A stretch of DNA of 64,000 nt from Nemertoderma westbladi (lineage: Eukaryota; Animalia; Xenacoelomorpha), in contig JAUCBJ010003156.1 of the NCBI GenBank assembly GCA_032718475.1, positions 27,489 to 91,488 of the forward strand, in the 5' to 3' direction. Below, one piece after another: positions 12,901 to 27,380 of this stretch. The translations under genes were made by a program, and so were the position numbers. Each line of letters begins with the position of its first letter. Positions within the stretch are counted from its first letter, which is position 1. A model generated the notes under the pieces. The model searched no databases. It saw only the letters and a program-made list of their open reading frames with translations, and was not told the DNA's origin.

Positions 12901-15900
12901 TAGGTAGACTAGCCCACCACCACGAGGTGGTACGTAGTAGGGTACAGTAGGTAGACTAGCCCAGCACCACGAGGTGGTACATATCAGGGTACAGTAGGTA
13001 GACTAGCCCACCACCACGAGGTGGTACGTAGTAGGGTACAGTAGGTAGACTAGCCCACCACCACGAGGTGGTACATAGTAGGTACAGTAGGTAGACTAGC
13101 CCACCACCACGAGGTGGTACGTAGTAGGGTACAGTAGGTAGACTAGCCCACCACCACGAGGTGGTACATAGTAGGGTACAGTAGGTAGACTAGCCCACCA
13201 CCACGAGGTGGTACATATCAGGGTACAGTAGGTAGACTAGCCCACCACCACGAGGTGGTACATAGTAGGGTACAGTAGGTAGACTAGCCCACCACCACGA
13301 GGTGGTACGTAGTAGGGTACAGTAGTTAGACTAGCCCACCACCACGAGGTGGTACGTAGTAGGGTACAGTAGGTAGACTAGCCCACCACCACGAGGTGGT
13401 ACGTAGTAGGGTACAGTAGGTAGACTAGCCCACCACCACGAGGTGGTACGTAGTAGGGGTACAGTAGGTAGACTAGCCCACCACCACGAGGTGGTACGTA
13501 GTAGGGTACAGTAGGTAGACTAGCCCACCACCACGAGGTGGTACGTAGTAGGGTACAGTAGGTAGACTAGCCCACCACCACGAGGTGGTACGTAGTAGGG
13601 TACAGTAGGTAGACTAGCCCACCACCACGAGGTGGTACGTAGTAGGGTACAGTAGGTAGACTAGCCCACCACCACAAGGTGGTACATAGTAGGGTACAGT
13701 AGGTAGACTAGCCCACCACCACGAGGTGGTACATAGTAGGGTACAGTAGGTAGACTAGCCCATCACCACGAGGTGGTACATAGTAGGGTACAGTAGGTAG
13801 ACTAGCCCACCACCACGAGGTGGTACATAGTAGGGTACAGTAGGTAGACTAGCCCACCACCACGAGGTGGTACGTAGTAGGGTACAGTAGGTAGACTAGC
13901 CCACCACCACGAGGTGGTACATAGTAGGGTACAGTAGGTAGACTAGCCCACCACCACGAGGTGGTACATAGTAGGGTACAGTAGGTAGACTAGCCCACCA
14001 CCACGAGGTGGTACATAGTAGGGTACAGTAGGTAGACTAGCCCACCACCACGAGGTGGTACGTAGTAGGGTACAGTAGTTAGACTAGCCCACCACCACGA
14101 GGTGGTACGTAGTAGGGTACAGTAGGTAGACTAGCCCACCACCACGAGGTGGTACATAGTAGGGTACAGTAGTTAGACTAGCGCACCACCACGGGGTGGT
14201 ACATAGTAGGGTACAGTAGGTAGACTATCCCATCACCACTAGGTGGTACATAGTAGGGTACAGTAGGTAGACTAGCCCACCATCACGAGGTGGTACATAG
14301 TAGGGTACAGTAGGTAGACTAGCCCACCACCACGAGGTGGTACGTAGTAGGGTACAGTAGGTAGACTAGCCCACCACCACGAGGTGGTACATAGTAGGGT
14401 ACAGTAGGTAGACTAGCCCACCACCACGAGGTGGTACGTAGTAGGGTACAGTAGTTAGACTAGCCCACCACCACGAGGTGGTACGTAGTAGGGTACAGTA
14501 GGTAGACTAGCCCACCACCACGAGGTGGTACATAGTAGGGTACAGTAGGTAGACTATCCCATCACCACTAGGTGGTACATAGTAGGGTACAGTAGGTAGA
14601 CTAGCCCACCACCACGAGGTGGTACATAGTAGGGTACAGTAGGTAGACTAGCCCACCACCACGAGGTGGTACGTAGTAGGGTACAGTAGTTAGACTAGCG
14701 CACCACCACGGGGTGGTACATAGTAGGGTACAGTAGGTAGACTAGCCCACCACCACGAGGTGGTACGTAGTGGGGTACAGTAGGTAGACTAGCCCACCAC
14801 CACGAGGTGGTACGTAGTGTGGTACAGTAGGTAGACTAGCGCACCACCACTAGGTGGTACGTAGTAGGGTACAGTAGTTAGACTAGCGTACCACCACGAG
14901 GTGGTACATAGTAGGGTACAGTAGGTAGATTAGCCCACCACCACGAGGTGGTACATAGTAGGGTACAGTAGGTAGATTAGCCCACCACCACGAGGTGGTA
15001 CGTAGTGGGGTACAGTAGGTAGACTAGCCCACCACCACGAGGTGGTACGTAGTAGGGTACAGTAGGTAGACTAGCCCACCACCACGAGGTGGTACGTAGT
15101 AGGGTACAGTAGTTAGACTAGCGCACCACCACGGGGTGGTACATAGTAGGGTACAGTAGGTAGACTAGCCCACCACCACGAGGTGGTACGTAGTGGGGTA
15201 CAGTAGGTAGACTAGCCCACCACCACGAGGTGGTACGTAGTAGGGTACAGTAGGTAGACTAGCCCACCACCACGAGGTGGTACGTAGTAGGGTACAGTAG
15301 GTAGACTAGCCCACCACCACGAGGTGGTACGTAGTAGGGTACAGTAGGTAGACTAGCCCGCCACCACGAGGTGGTACATAGTAGGGTACAGTAGGTAGAC
15401 TAGCCCACCACCACGAGGTGGTACATAGTAGGGTACAGTAGGTAGACTAGCCCACCACCACGAGGTGGTACGTAGTAGGGTACAGTAGGTAGACTAGCCC
15501 ACCACCACGAGGTGGTACGTAGTAGGGTACAGTAGGTAGACTAGCCCGCCACCACGAGGTGGTACGTAGTAGGGTACAGTAGGTAGACTAGCCCGCCACC
15601 ACGAGGTGGTACGTAGTAGGGTACAGTAGGTAGACTAGCCCGCCACCACGAGGTGGTACGTAGTAGGGTACAGTAGGTAGACTAGCCCACCACCACGAGG
15701 TGGTACATAGTAGGGTACAGTAGGTAGACTAGCCCACCACCACGAGGTGGTACGTAGAAGGGTACAGTAGGTAGACTAGCGCACCACCACGTGGTGGTAC
15801 ATAGTAGGGTACAGTAGGTAGACTAGCCCACCACCACGAGGTGGTACATAGTAGGGTACAGTAGGTAGACTAGCCCACCACCACGAGGTGGTACGTAGAA

Positions 15901-16839
15901 GGGTACAGTAGGTAGACTAGCCCACCACCACGAGGTGGTACGTAGTAGGGTACAGTAGGTAGACTAGCCCGCCACCACGAGGTGGTACGTAGTAGGGTAC
16001 AGTAGGTAGACTAGCCCGCCACCACGAGGTGGTACGTAGTAGGGTACAGTAGGTAGACTAGCCCACCACCACGAGGTGGTACATAGTAGGGTACAGTAGG
16101 TAGACTAGCCCACCACCACGAGGTGGTACGTAGAAGGGTACAGTAGTTAGACTAGCGCACCACCACGTGGTGGTACATAGTAGGGTACAGTAGGTAGACT
16201 AGCCCACCACCACGAGGTGGTACATAGTAGGGTACAGTAGGTAGACTAGCCCACCACCACGAGGTGGTACGTAGAAGGGTACAGTAGGTAGACTAGCCCA
16301 CCACCACGAGGTGGTACGTAGTAGGGTACAGTAGGTAGACTAGCCCGCCACCACGAGGTGGTACGTAGTAGGGTACAGTAGGTAGACTAGCCCGCCACCA
16401 CGAGGTGGTACGTAGTAGGGTACAGTAGGTAGACTAGCCCGCCACCACGAGGTGGTACGTAGTAGGGTACAGTAGGTAGACTAGCCCACCACCACGAGGT
16501 GGTACATAGTAGGGTACAGTAGGTAGACTAGCCCACCACCACGAGGTGGTACGTAGAAGGGTACAGTAGGTAGACTAGCCCACCACCACGAGGTGGTACA
16601 TAGTAGGGTACAGTAGGTAGACTAGCCCACCACCACGAGGTGGTACATAGTAGGGTACAGTAGGTAGACTAGCCCACCACCACAAGGTGGTACATAGTAG
16701 GGTACAGTAGGTAGACTAGCCCACCACCACGAGGTGGTACATAGTAGGGTACAGTAGGTAGACTAGCCCACCACCACGAGGTGGTACATTAGGGTACAGT
16801 AGTTAGACTAGCGCACCACCACGTGGTGGTACATAGTAG
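3938..16839. repeat. 47-bp satellite, ~275 copies (12.9 kb)
   Basis: Consensus CCCACCACCACGAGGTGGTAC(G/A)TAGTAGGGTACAGTAGGTAGACTAG in head-to-tail array with no unique spacers; internal hairpin ACCACC-acga-GGTGGT. Confidence 0.99.
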
Positions 16840-17218
16840 ACATCTCGGCGGCCTCGTGTCCCTTAGTTGGTCTTGATTATATTGGTAAACAGTTTGTACA
16901 TTATCCTCAATGTATTTGAGATAACCAACATTTACCATCCTCGCCATTGGGATGGTTAATAAGAGAATTATCAACTCGGTTATTACATACTTTGACACCG
17001 TTTTTAGTGAATTCTTAAATCCTGCATATAGCCGCTAGCGGTAGCTAATAATTTATCATTTTTTTGTATAGGTTAGATGGCCTTCCATACAGCAGTTGAC
17101 ATAATGACAAAATAGCTATAGTAATAGTAACCTATAACACTATTTGGCAGTCATTTAAAATACTTAATCAAGGGGGGTGTAACCCAACCCCCCTTAAATG
17201 ATTTAATTTATGGTAAGT

Positions 17219-18386
17219 CTAGTTTGTTTTAGTTGTAAGAGCAGAGTCACTAATAACTTTAGTAAACTTATACGTTTTAGCGGCATCCAAGTAGGAGCTT
17301 GCTATTCCTTCGGAGTTGTTCGTTCTGACAGCGCGGAGGAACGCAGATAGTTCCGCCTTGTAGGGATCCTCGGACGGGAACTTGTAAAGGGCAATTCTAT
17401 CATCGTCGAATCGAACTCGCAGCTCGCACTCGGATGAGTGTGGATCGGTTAGAGTCAACCTCAATCCGTCCATAATCACCTCGACCTCAACCTCGTACCG
17501 CCGACCGTGCAAAGCGATAGTGTGCAGCATAGACCCCACCGCCCCATTCCGAAACTTCCAATGAGAAGCGGTGACCCGCGGTATCCGGTTGCTAGGAGAC
17601 AGAGCCAGGTCTACATCGTGTATATTGGGTTGCTTTGCAACCAACTGACTTGCCGGCTCATCGGCTGACACTACGTGACTTCGAACGCTATCCAATTCTA
17701 TCTCGCCTACAAGGTATCGCGCCAAGTCGCACACGTGTGTTGCCTGTTCGACCACAGGCCCCCCGCTGAGTGAGATGTCCCAGAAAAACGGCTGCACCAT
17801 CCGTGAGTAGGAGCAATAGTACTGGCACTTATAGGCCATGACGACGCCACTCCGAGCGGCCATTAATTCCCGCATTTTTTTTACTCCGCTGTGGTACCGA
17901 AACACCAACCGAAACACAGCATCCACGCTCCCGGCGAGCGGTTTCCAACGTCTCGAGATACTCTTCAAACTCCGAGAATGGTATCAATGAGAGCGGTTTC
18001 TCAATAAACGCGTGAATCCCACGCTGAATGCATCTCAATTCCAATGGATGCCGTAAAGAACCGTGAGACAAGGGAGGGACACCAATAAACACTGCGTCTA
18101 TTCTTTCGCCTTCTGTTTCTGATAAAAACGTGTCAATAGAAGAATAAACAACGCATTGTCTGTAGATATGGGCTGCGATGCTGGATAGACGCGTCTCCAG
18201 GACTTGCTTAGCTTTGTCCACTACCGGGTTTACAATTGCAACCACTCGAACCCCGTCCATTGATTCTAGTCTAGAGGCGTGATCCCACGGTCCATTTTCC
18301 GAGCCGCCGAAGTTCACGGCCCCAGCGCCAATAAATGCTATACATAAATCCTGGTCGCGTTCACCTGCAGTCGTTTTATATGCCAT
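17219..18386 (-). pseudogene. Intronless Gfo/Idh/MocA-family NAD(P)-dependent oxidoreductase with a single frameshift at ~17903 (pseudogene, null allele or assembly error)
   Basis: The N-terminal frame has Rossmann IAFIGAGAVNFG, GPWDHASRLE, DAVFIGVPP and FIEKPLS. The C-terminal frame has FRY, FWD and the catalytic-type GGPVVEQATHxxDLARY. The frames meet at VSVG-g-FRY, where family members usually read VGY(M/x)FRY. Restoring 5 nt gives a 390-aa protein with no other stops. Confidence 0.85.
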
Positions 18387-18468
18387 TAGACTTTTTTCTT
18401 ACAAATATACTTTTTTTGCAATAATTACACCTCTGCGAAGTCTTGAGCCATTTATTATTTACAGGAGT

Positions 18469-21400
18469 AACTTTATAAACTACGTCAACTACACAATATC
18501 AACTTTATACACTATCAACTTAATACACTATCAACTTTATAAACTATCAACTTTATAGACAATCAACTTTATACACTACCAACTTTATAGACAATCAACT
18601 TTATACACTATCAACGTTATACTCTATCAACTTTATAGACTATCAACTTTATAGACTATCAACTTTATACACTATTAACTTTATATACTAGCAACTTTAT
18701 AGACTATCAACCTTATAGACTATCAACTTTATACACTATCAACTTTATAGACTGTCCACTTTATACACTATCAACGTTATACACTCTCAACATTATACAC
18801 TATCAAGTTTATAGACTATCAACTTTATAGACTATCAACTTTATAGACTATAAACTTTATAGACTATCAACTTTATAGACTATCAACTTTATAGACTATC
18901 ACCTTTACAGACTATCAACTTTATAGACTATCAACTTTATAGACTATCAACTTTATAGACTATCAACTTTATAGACCATTAACTTTATACACTATCAACT
19001 TTATAGACTATCAACTTTATACAATATCAACTTTATACACTATCAACTTAATACACTATCAACTTAATAAACTATCAACTTTATAGACTATCAACTTTAT
19101 AAACTATCAACATTATAGACTATCCACTTTATACACTATCAACTTTATAGACTGTCAACTTTATACACTATCAACTTTATACACTATCAACTTTATAGAC
19201 TATCAACTTTATAGACGATCAACTTTATAGACTATCAACTTTATACACTATCAACTTTATACACTATCAACTTTATACACTATCAACTTTATACACTATC
19301 AACTTTATAGACTATCAACTTTATACACTATCAACTTTATAGACGATCAACTTTATAGACTATCAACTTTATACACTATCAACTTTATACACTATCAACT
19401 TTATACACTATCAAATATATACACTATCAACTTTATAGACTATCAACTTTATACACTATCAACTTTATACACTATCAACTTTATAGACTATCAACTTTAT
19501 AGACGATCAACTTTATAGACTATCAACTTTATACACTATCAACTTTATACACTATCAACTTTATACACTATCAAATTTATACACTATCAACTTTATAGAC
19601 TATCAACTTTATACACTATCAACTTTATACACTATCAACTTTATAGACTATCAACTTTATAGACGATCAACTTTATAGACTATCAACTTTATACACTATC
19701 AACTTTATACATTATCAAATTTATACACTATCAACTTTATATACTATCAACTTTATACACTATCAACTTTATACACTATCAACTTTATAGACTATCAACT
19801 TTATAGACTATCAACTTTATAGACTATCAACTTTATAGACTATCAACTTTATACACTATTAACTTTATATACTAGCAACTTTATAGACTATCAACCTTAT
19901 AGACTATCAACTTTATACACTATCAACTTTATAGACTGTCCACTTTATACACTATCAACGTTATACACTCTCAACATTATACACTATCAAGTTTATAGAC
20001 TATCAACTTTATAGACTATCAACTTTATAGACTATAAACTTTATAGACTATCAACTTTATAGACTATCAACTTTATAGACTATCACCTTTACAGACTATC
20101 AACTTTATAGACTATCAACTTTATAGACTATCAACTTTATAGACTATCAACTTTATAGACCATTAACTTTATACACTATCAACTTTATAGACTATCAACT
20201 TTATACAATATCAACTTTATACACTATCAACTTAATACACTATCAACTTAATAAACTATCAACTTTATAGACTATCAACTTTATAAACTTTATAGACGAT
20301 CAACTTTATACACTATCAACTTTATAGACTATCAACTTTATAGACGATCAACTTTATAGACTATCAACTTTATACACTATCAACTTTATACACTATCAAC
20401 TTTATACACTATCAACTTTATAGACTATCAACTTTATAGACTATCAACTTTATACACTATCAACTTTATACACTATCAACTTTATACACTATCAAATTTA
20501 TACACTATCAACTTTATAGACTATCAACTTTATACACTATCAACTTTATACACTATCAACTTTATAGACTATCAACTTTATAGACGATCAACTTTATAGA
20601 CTATCAACTTTATACACTATCAACTTTATACATTATCAAATTTATACACTATCAACTTTATAGACTATCAACTTTATAGACTATCAACTTTATACACTAT
20701 CAACTTTATAGACTATCAACTTTATACACTATCAACTTTATAGACTATCAACTTTATACACTATCAACTTTATAGACTATCAACTTTATACACTGTCAAC
20801 TTTATAGACTATCAACTTTATACACTATCAACTTTATACACTATCAACTTTATAGACTATCAACTTTATAGACGATCAACTTTATAGACTATCAACTTTA
20901 TACACTATCAACTTTATACACTATCAACTTTATACACTATCAACTTTATACACTATCAAATTTATACACTATCAACTTTATAGACTATCAACTTTATACA
21001 CTATCAACTTTATACACTATCAACTTTATAGACTATCAACTTTATAGACGATCAACTTTATAGACTATCAACTTTATACACTATCAACTTTATACACTAT
21101 CAACTTTATACACTATCAAATTTATACACTATAAACTTTATAGACTATCAACCTTATACACTATCAACTTTATACACTATCAACTTTATACACTATCAAA
21201 TTTATACACTATCAACTTTATAGACTATCAACTTTATACACTATCAACTTTATACACTATCAACTTTATACACTATCAAATTTATACACTATCAACTTTA
21301 TAGACTATCAACTTTATACACTATCAACTTTATACACTATCAACTTTATACACTATCAAATTTATACACTATCAACTTTATAGACTATCAACTTTATACA

Positions 21401-24400
21401 CTATCAACTTTATACACTATCAACTTTATAGACTATCAACTTTATAGACGATCAACTTTATAGACTATCAACTTTATAGACTATCAACTTTATACACTAT
21501 CAACTTTATACACTATCAACTTTATACACTATCAAATATATACACTATCAACTTTATAGACTATCAACTTTATACACTATCAACTTTATAGACTATCAAC
21601 TTTATAGACGATCAACTTTCTATCAACTTTATACATTATCAACTTTATAGACTCCACTTTAACACTATCAACTTTATACACTATCAACTTTATAGACTAT
21701 CAACTTTATACACTATCAACTTTATAGACTATCAACTTTATACACTATCAACTTTATACACTATCAACTTTATAGACTATCAACTTTATAGACGATCAAC
21801 TTTATAGACTATCAACTTTATACACTATCAACTTTATACACTATCAACTTTATACACTATCAACTTTATACACTATCAACTTTATAGACTATCAACTTTA
21901 TACACTATCAACTTTATACACTATCAACTTTATACACTATCAACTTTATAGACGATCAACTTTATAGACTATCAACTTTATACACTATCAACTTTATACA
22001 CTATCAACTTTATACACTATCAAATATATACACTATCAACTTTATACACTATCAACTTTATACACTATCAACTTTATACACTATCAACTTTATACACTAT
22101 CAACTTTATAGACTATCAACTTTATAGACGATCAACTTTATAGACTATCAACTTTATACACTATCAACTTTATACACTATCAACTTTATACACTATCAAA
22201 TTTATACACTATCAACTTTATAGACTATCAACTTTATACACTATCAACTTTATACACTATCAACTTTATACACTATCAAATTTATACACTATCAACTTTA
22301 TAGACTATCAACTTTATACACTATCAACTTTATACACTATCAACTTTATAGACTATCAACTTTATACACTATCAACTTTATACACTATCAACTTTATACA
22401 CTATCAACTTTATAGACTATCAACTTTATACACTATCAACTTTATACACTATCAACTTTATACACTATCAACTTTATAGACGATCAACTTTATAGACTAT
22501 CAACTTTATACACTATCAACTTTATACACTATCAACTTTATACACTATCAAATATATACACTATCAACTTTATAGACTATCAACTTTATACACTATCAAC
22601 TTTATACACTATCAACTTTATAGACTATCAACTTTATAGACGATCAACTTTATAGACTATCAACTTTATACACTATCAACTTTATACACTATCAACTTTA
22701 TACACTATCAAATTTATACACTATCAACTTTATAGACTATCAACTTTATACACTATCAAGTTTATACACTATCAACTTTATAGACTATCAACTTTATAGA
22801 CGATCAACTTTATAGACTATCAACTTTATACACTATCAACTTTATACACTATCAAATTTATACACTATCAACTTTATAGACTATCAACTTTATACACTAT
22901 CAACTTTATACACTATCAACTTTATAGACTATCAACTTTATACACTATCAACTTTATACACTATCAACTTTATACACTATCAACTTTATAGACTATCAAC
23001 TTTATAGACGATCAACTTTATAGACTATCAACTTTATACACTATCAACTTTATACACTATCAACTTTATACACTATCAACTTTATACACTATCAAATTTA
23101 TACACTATCAACTTTATACACTATCAACTTTATAGACTATCAACTTTATAGAAGATCAACTTTATAGACTATCAACTTTATACACTATCAACTTTATACA
23201 CTATCAAATTTATACACTATCAACTTTATAGACTATCAACTTTATACACTATCAACTTTATACACTATCAACTTTATAGACTATCAACTTTATACACTAT
23301 CAACTTTATACACTATCAACTTTATACACTATCAAATTTATACACTATCAACTTTATAGACTATCAACTTTATACACTATCAACTTTATACACTATCAAC
23401 TTTATAGACTATCAACTTTATACACTATCAAATTTATACACTATCAAATTTATACACTATCAACTTTATAGACTATCAACTTTATACACTATCAACTTTA
23501 TACACTATCAACTTTATAGACTATCAACTTTATACACTATCAACTTTATAGATTATCAACTTTATACACTATCAACTTTATAGACTATCAACTTTATAGA
23601 CTATCAACTTTATACACTATGAACTTTATACACTATCAACTTTATAGACTATCAACTTTATACACTATCAACTTTATAGATTATCAACTTTATACACTAT
23701 CAACTTTATAGACTATCAACTTTATACACTATCAACTTTATAGACTATCAACTTTATACACTATCAACTTTATAGACTATCAACTTTATACACTATCAAC
23801 TTTATACACTATCAACTTTATAGACTATCAACTTTATACACTATCAACTTTATACACTATCAACTTTATACACTATCAACTTTATACACTATCAACTTTA
23901 TAGACTATCAACTTTATACACTATCAACTTTATACACTATCAACTTTATACACTATCAACTTTATAGACGATCAACTTTATAGACTATCAACTTTATACA
24001 CTATCAACTTTATACACTATCAACTTTATACACTATCAAATATATACACTATCAACTTTATACACTATCAACTTTATACACTATCAACTTTATACACTAT
24101 CAACTTTATACACTATCAACTTTATAGACTATCAACTTTATAGACGATCAACTTTATAGACTATCAACTTTATACACTATCAACTTTATACACTATCAAC
24201 TTTATACACTATCAAATTTATACACTATCAACTTTATAGACTATCAACTTTATACACTATCAACTTTATACACTATCAACTTTATAGACTATCAACTTTA
24301 TAGACGATCAACTTTATAGACTATCAACTTTATACACTATCAACTTTATACACTATCAACTTTATACACTATCAACTTTATAGACTATCAACTTTATACA

Positions 24401-26504
24401 CTATCAACTTTATACACTATCAACTTTATACACTATCAACTTTATAGACGATCAACTTTATAGACTATCAACTTTATACACTATCAACTTTATACACTAT
24501 CAACTTTATACACTATCAAATATATACACTATCAACTTTATAGACTATCAACTTTATACACTATCAACTTTATACACTATCAACTTTATAGACGATCTAC
24601 TTTATAGACTATCAACTTTATACACTATCAACTTTATACACTATCAACTTTATACACTATCAAATATATACACTATCAACTTTATAGACTATCAACTTTA
24701 TACACTATCAACTTTATACACTATCAACTTTATAGACTATCAACTTTATAGACGATCAACTTTATAGACTATCAAATTTATACACTATCAACTTTATACA
24801 CTATCAACTTTATACACTATCAAATTTATACACTATCAACTTTATAGACTATCAACTTTATACACTATCAAGTTTATACACTATCAACTTTATAGACTAT
24901 CAACTTTATAGACGATCAACTTTATAGACTATCAACTTTATACACTATCAACTTTATACACTATCAAATTTATACACTATCAACTTTATAGACTATCAAC
25001 TTTATACACTATCAACTTTATACACTATCAACTTTATAGACTATCAACTTTATACACTATCAACTTTATACACTATCAACTTTATACACTATCAACTTTA
25101 TAGACTATCAACTTTATAGACGATCAACTTTATAGACTATCAACTTTATACACTATCAACTTTATACACTATCAACTTTATACACTATCAACTTTATACA
25201 CTATCAAATTTATACACTATCAACTTTATACACTATCAACTTTATAGACTATCAACTTTATAGAAGATCAACTTTATAGACTATCAACTTTATACACTAT
25301 CAACTTTATACACTATCAAATTTATACACTATCAACTTTATAGACTATCAACTTTATACACTATCAACTTTATACACTATCAACTTTATAGACTATCAAC
25401 TTTATACACTATCAACTTTATACACTATCAACTTTATACACTATCAAATTTATACACTATCAACTTTATAGACTATCAACTTTATACACTATCAACTTTA
25501 TACACTATCAACTTTATAGACTATCAACTTTATACACTATCAAATTTATACACTATCAAATTTATACACTATCAACTTTATAGACTATCAACTTTATACA
25601 CTATCAACTTTATACACTATCAACTTTATAGACTATCAACTTTATACACTATCAACTTTATAGATTATCAACTTTATACACTATCAACTTTATAGACTAT
25701 CAACTTTATAGACTATCAACTTTATACACTATCAACTTTATACACTATCAACTTTATAGACTATCAACTTTATACACTATCAACTTTATAGATTATCAAC
25801 TTTATACACTATCAACTTTATAGACTATCAACTTTATACACTATCAACTTTATAGACTATCAACTTTATACACTATCAACTTTATAGACTATCAACTTTA
25901 TACACTATCAACTTTATAGACTATCAACTTTATACACTATCAACTTTATAGACTATCCACTTTATACACTATCAACTTTATACACTATCAACTTTATAGA
26001 CTATCAACATTATACACTATCAACTTTATAGACTATCCACTTTATACACTATCAACTTTATAGACTATCAACTTTATACACTATCAACTTTATAAACTAT
26101 CAACTTTATAGACTATCCACTTTATACACTATCAACTTTATAGACTATCAACTTTATACACTATCAACTTTATACACTATCAACTTTATAGACTATCAAC
26201 TTTATACACTATCAACTTTATAGACTATCCACTTTATACACTATCAACTTTATAGACTATCAACTTTATACACTATCAACTTTATACACTATCAACTTTA
26301 TACACTATCAACTTTATACACTATCAACTTTATACACTATCAAATTTATACACTATCAACTTTATAGACTATCAACTTTATACACTATCAACTTTATACA
26401 CTATCAACTTTATAGACTATCAACTTTATAGACGATCAACTTTATAGACTATCAACTTTTTACACTATCAACTTTATACACTATCAACTTTATACACTAT
26501 CAAA
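18469..26504. repeat. 16-bp satellite, ~500 copies (8 kb)
   Basis: Consensus CTATCAACTTTATA(C/G)A; internal block duplications with periods of 1184 and 2112 bp. Confidence 0.99.
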
Positions 26505-27380
26505 TAAGCCCAACAACAAACCAATAAAGGCTTACGGGAGAATTACCAACACACTCCCGTAATGTAATAATCCTATGTGCTACTAAATAGCACTTCAATA
26601 GTTTTTTAATCCATTTCTGAGTTGTACATTTTAGAAATTAGGAAATTTAGAAAAACTATTTGCATTTGCATTTATTATAAAACTATTTTCTAAACTATTT
26701 CCATTTCCATTTATTATAAAACTACTTTATAAACTGTTTGCATATTTTACTGTGGATCCCAAACACCTCCAATTTGATTAGATGACCCATGGGATACTAA
26801 ATATTATCGAATAAATATCAATTTAGTATTCCATGGATCCATATACGAACTTATTAAACAAGGGGGGGGGGGGGGGGGGGGGGGGCAAAGAAGTCAAGCC
26901 AACACCATAGTATATTGTTCCAAAATACAACACCATATTTTTTTCAATTTTTTTAAATATTTTGCGAATTTTGTTCCAAGTTTTTATTTTGGATATTTTT
27001 GATCTTCTATTTACCAGTTTTAGCGGCACAGTAGGCTGCAATTTTCTTGGAGTGTTTAAACAATCATTTTATTTGTAATAATTGGAAAATATTATATTTT
27101 AATCATTGTAATTAAATATCAGTTTTGACCAGACCCAATCATCATAGCTCACCATCTGTGGAGCGGCAGAAAGACTGACATTGACCGGGCAAGACAATAA
27201 GCAGAGTAGTAGTACAACATACAGTATATATATATTAAGAGATGTGGGGGGGGGGGGGGGGGTGGGGGAGTGAGATACCCCCCCCCCCCCCCTCCCAGTT
27301 TTTTTAATATGTAAACAAAAGTGTGAAAAAATATTTTCAAAAATTGACTTGAAAAAATTATAACTCGACTATATAACTCG

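Noticed and set aside
3938-16839. CRISPR-like appearance of the 47-bp hairpin repeat (also the 37-bp array at 41027-41970)
   Set aside because: Units are contiguous with no unique spacers, there are no cas genes, and the context is eukaryotic.
16789-17040. 69-aa ORF and possible exon next to the 47-bp satellite
   Set aside because: No recognisable motif, non-ATG start, it runs into the satellite, and no consistent splice partners were found.
7461-25263. Both the 47-bp and the 16-bp arrays show a ~132-unit duplication period
   Set aside because: The physical lengths differ (6210 versus 2112 bp) and other periods exist (32 and 74 units); treated as coincidence.
26787-27300. 16-bp-arm hairpin (26787-26836) and poly-G/poly-C tracts, giving poly-Pro/poly-Gly ORFs
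   Set aside because: Probably MITE remnants, but no matching termini or TSD could be defined; the ORFs are low-complexity artefacts.
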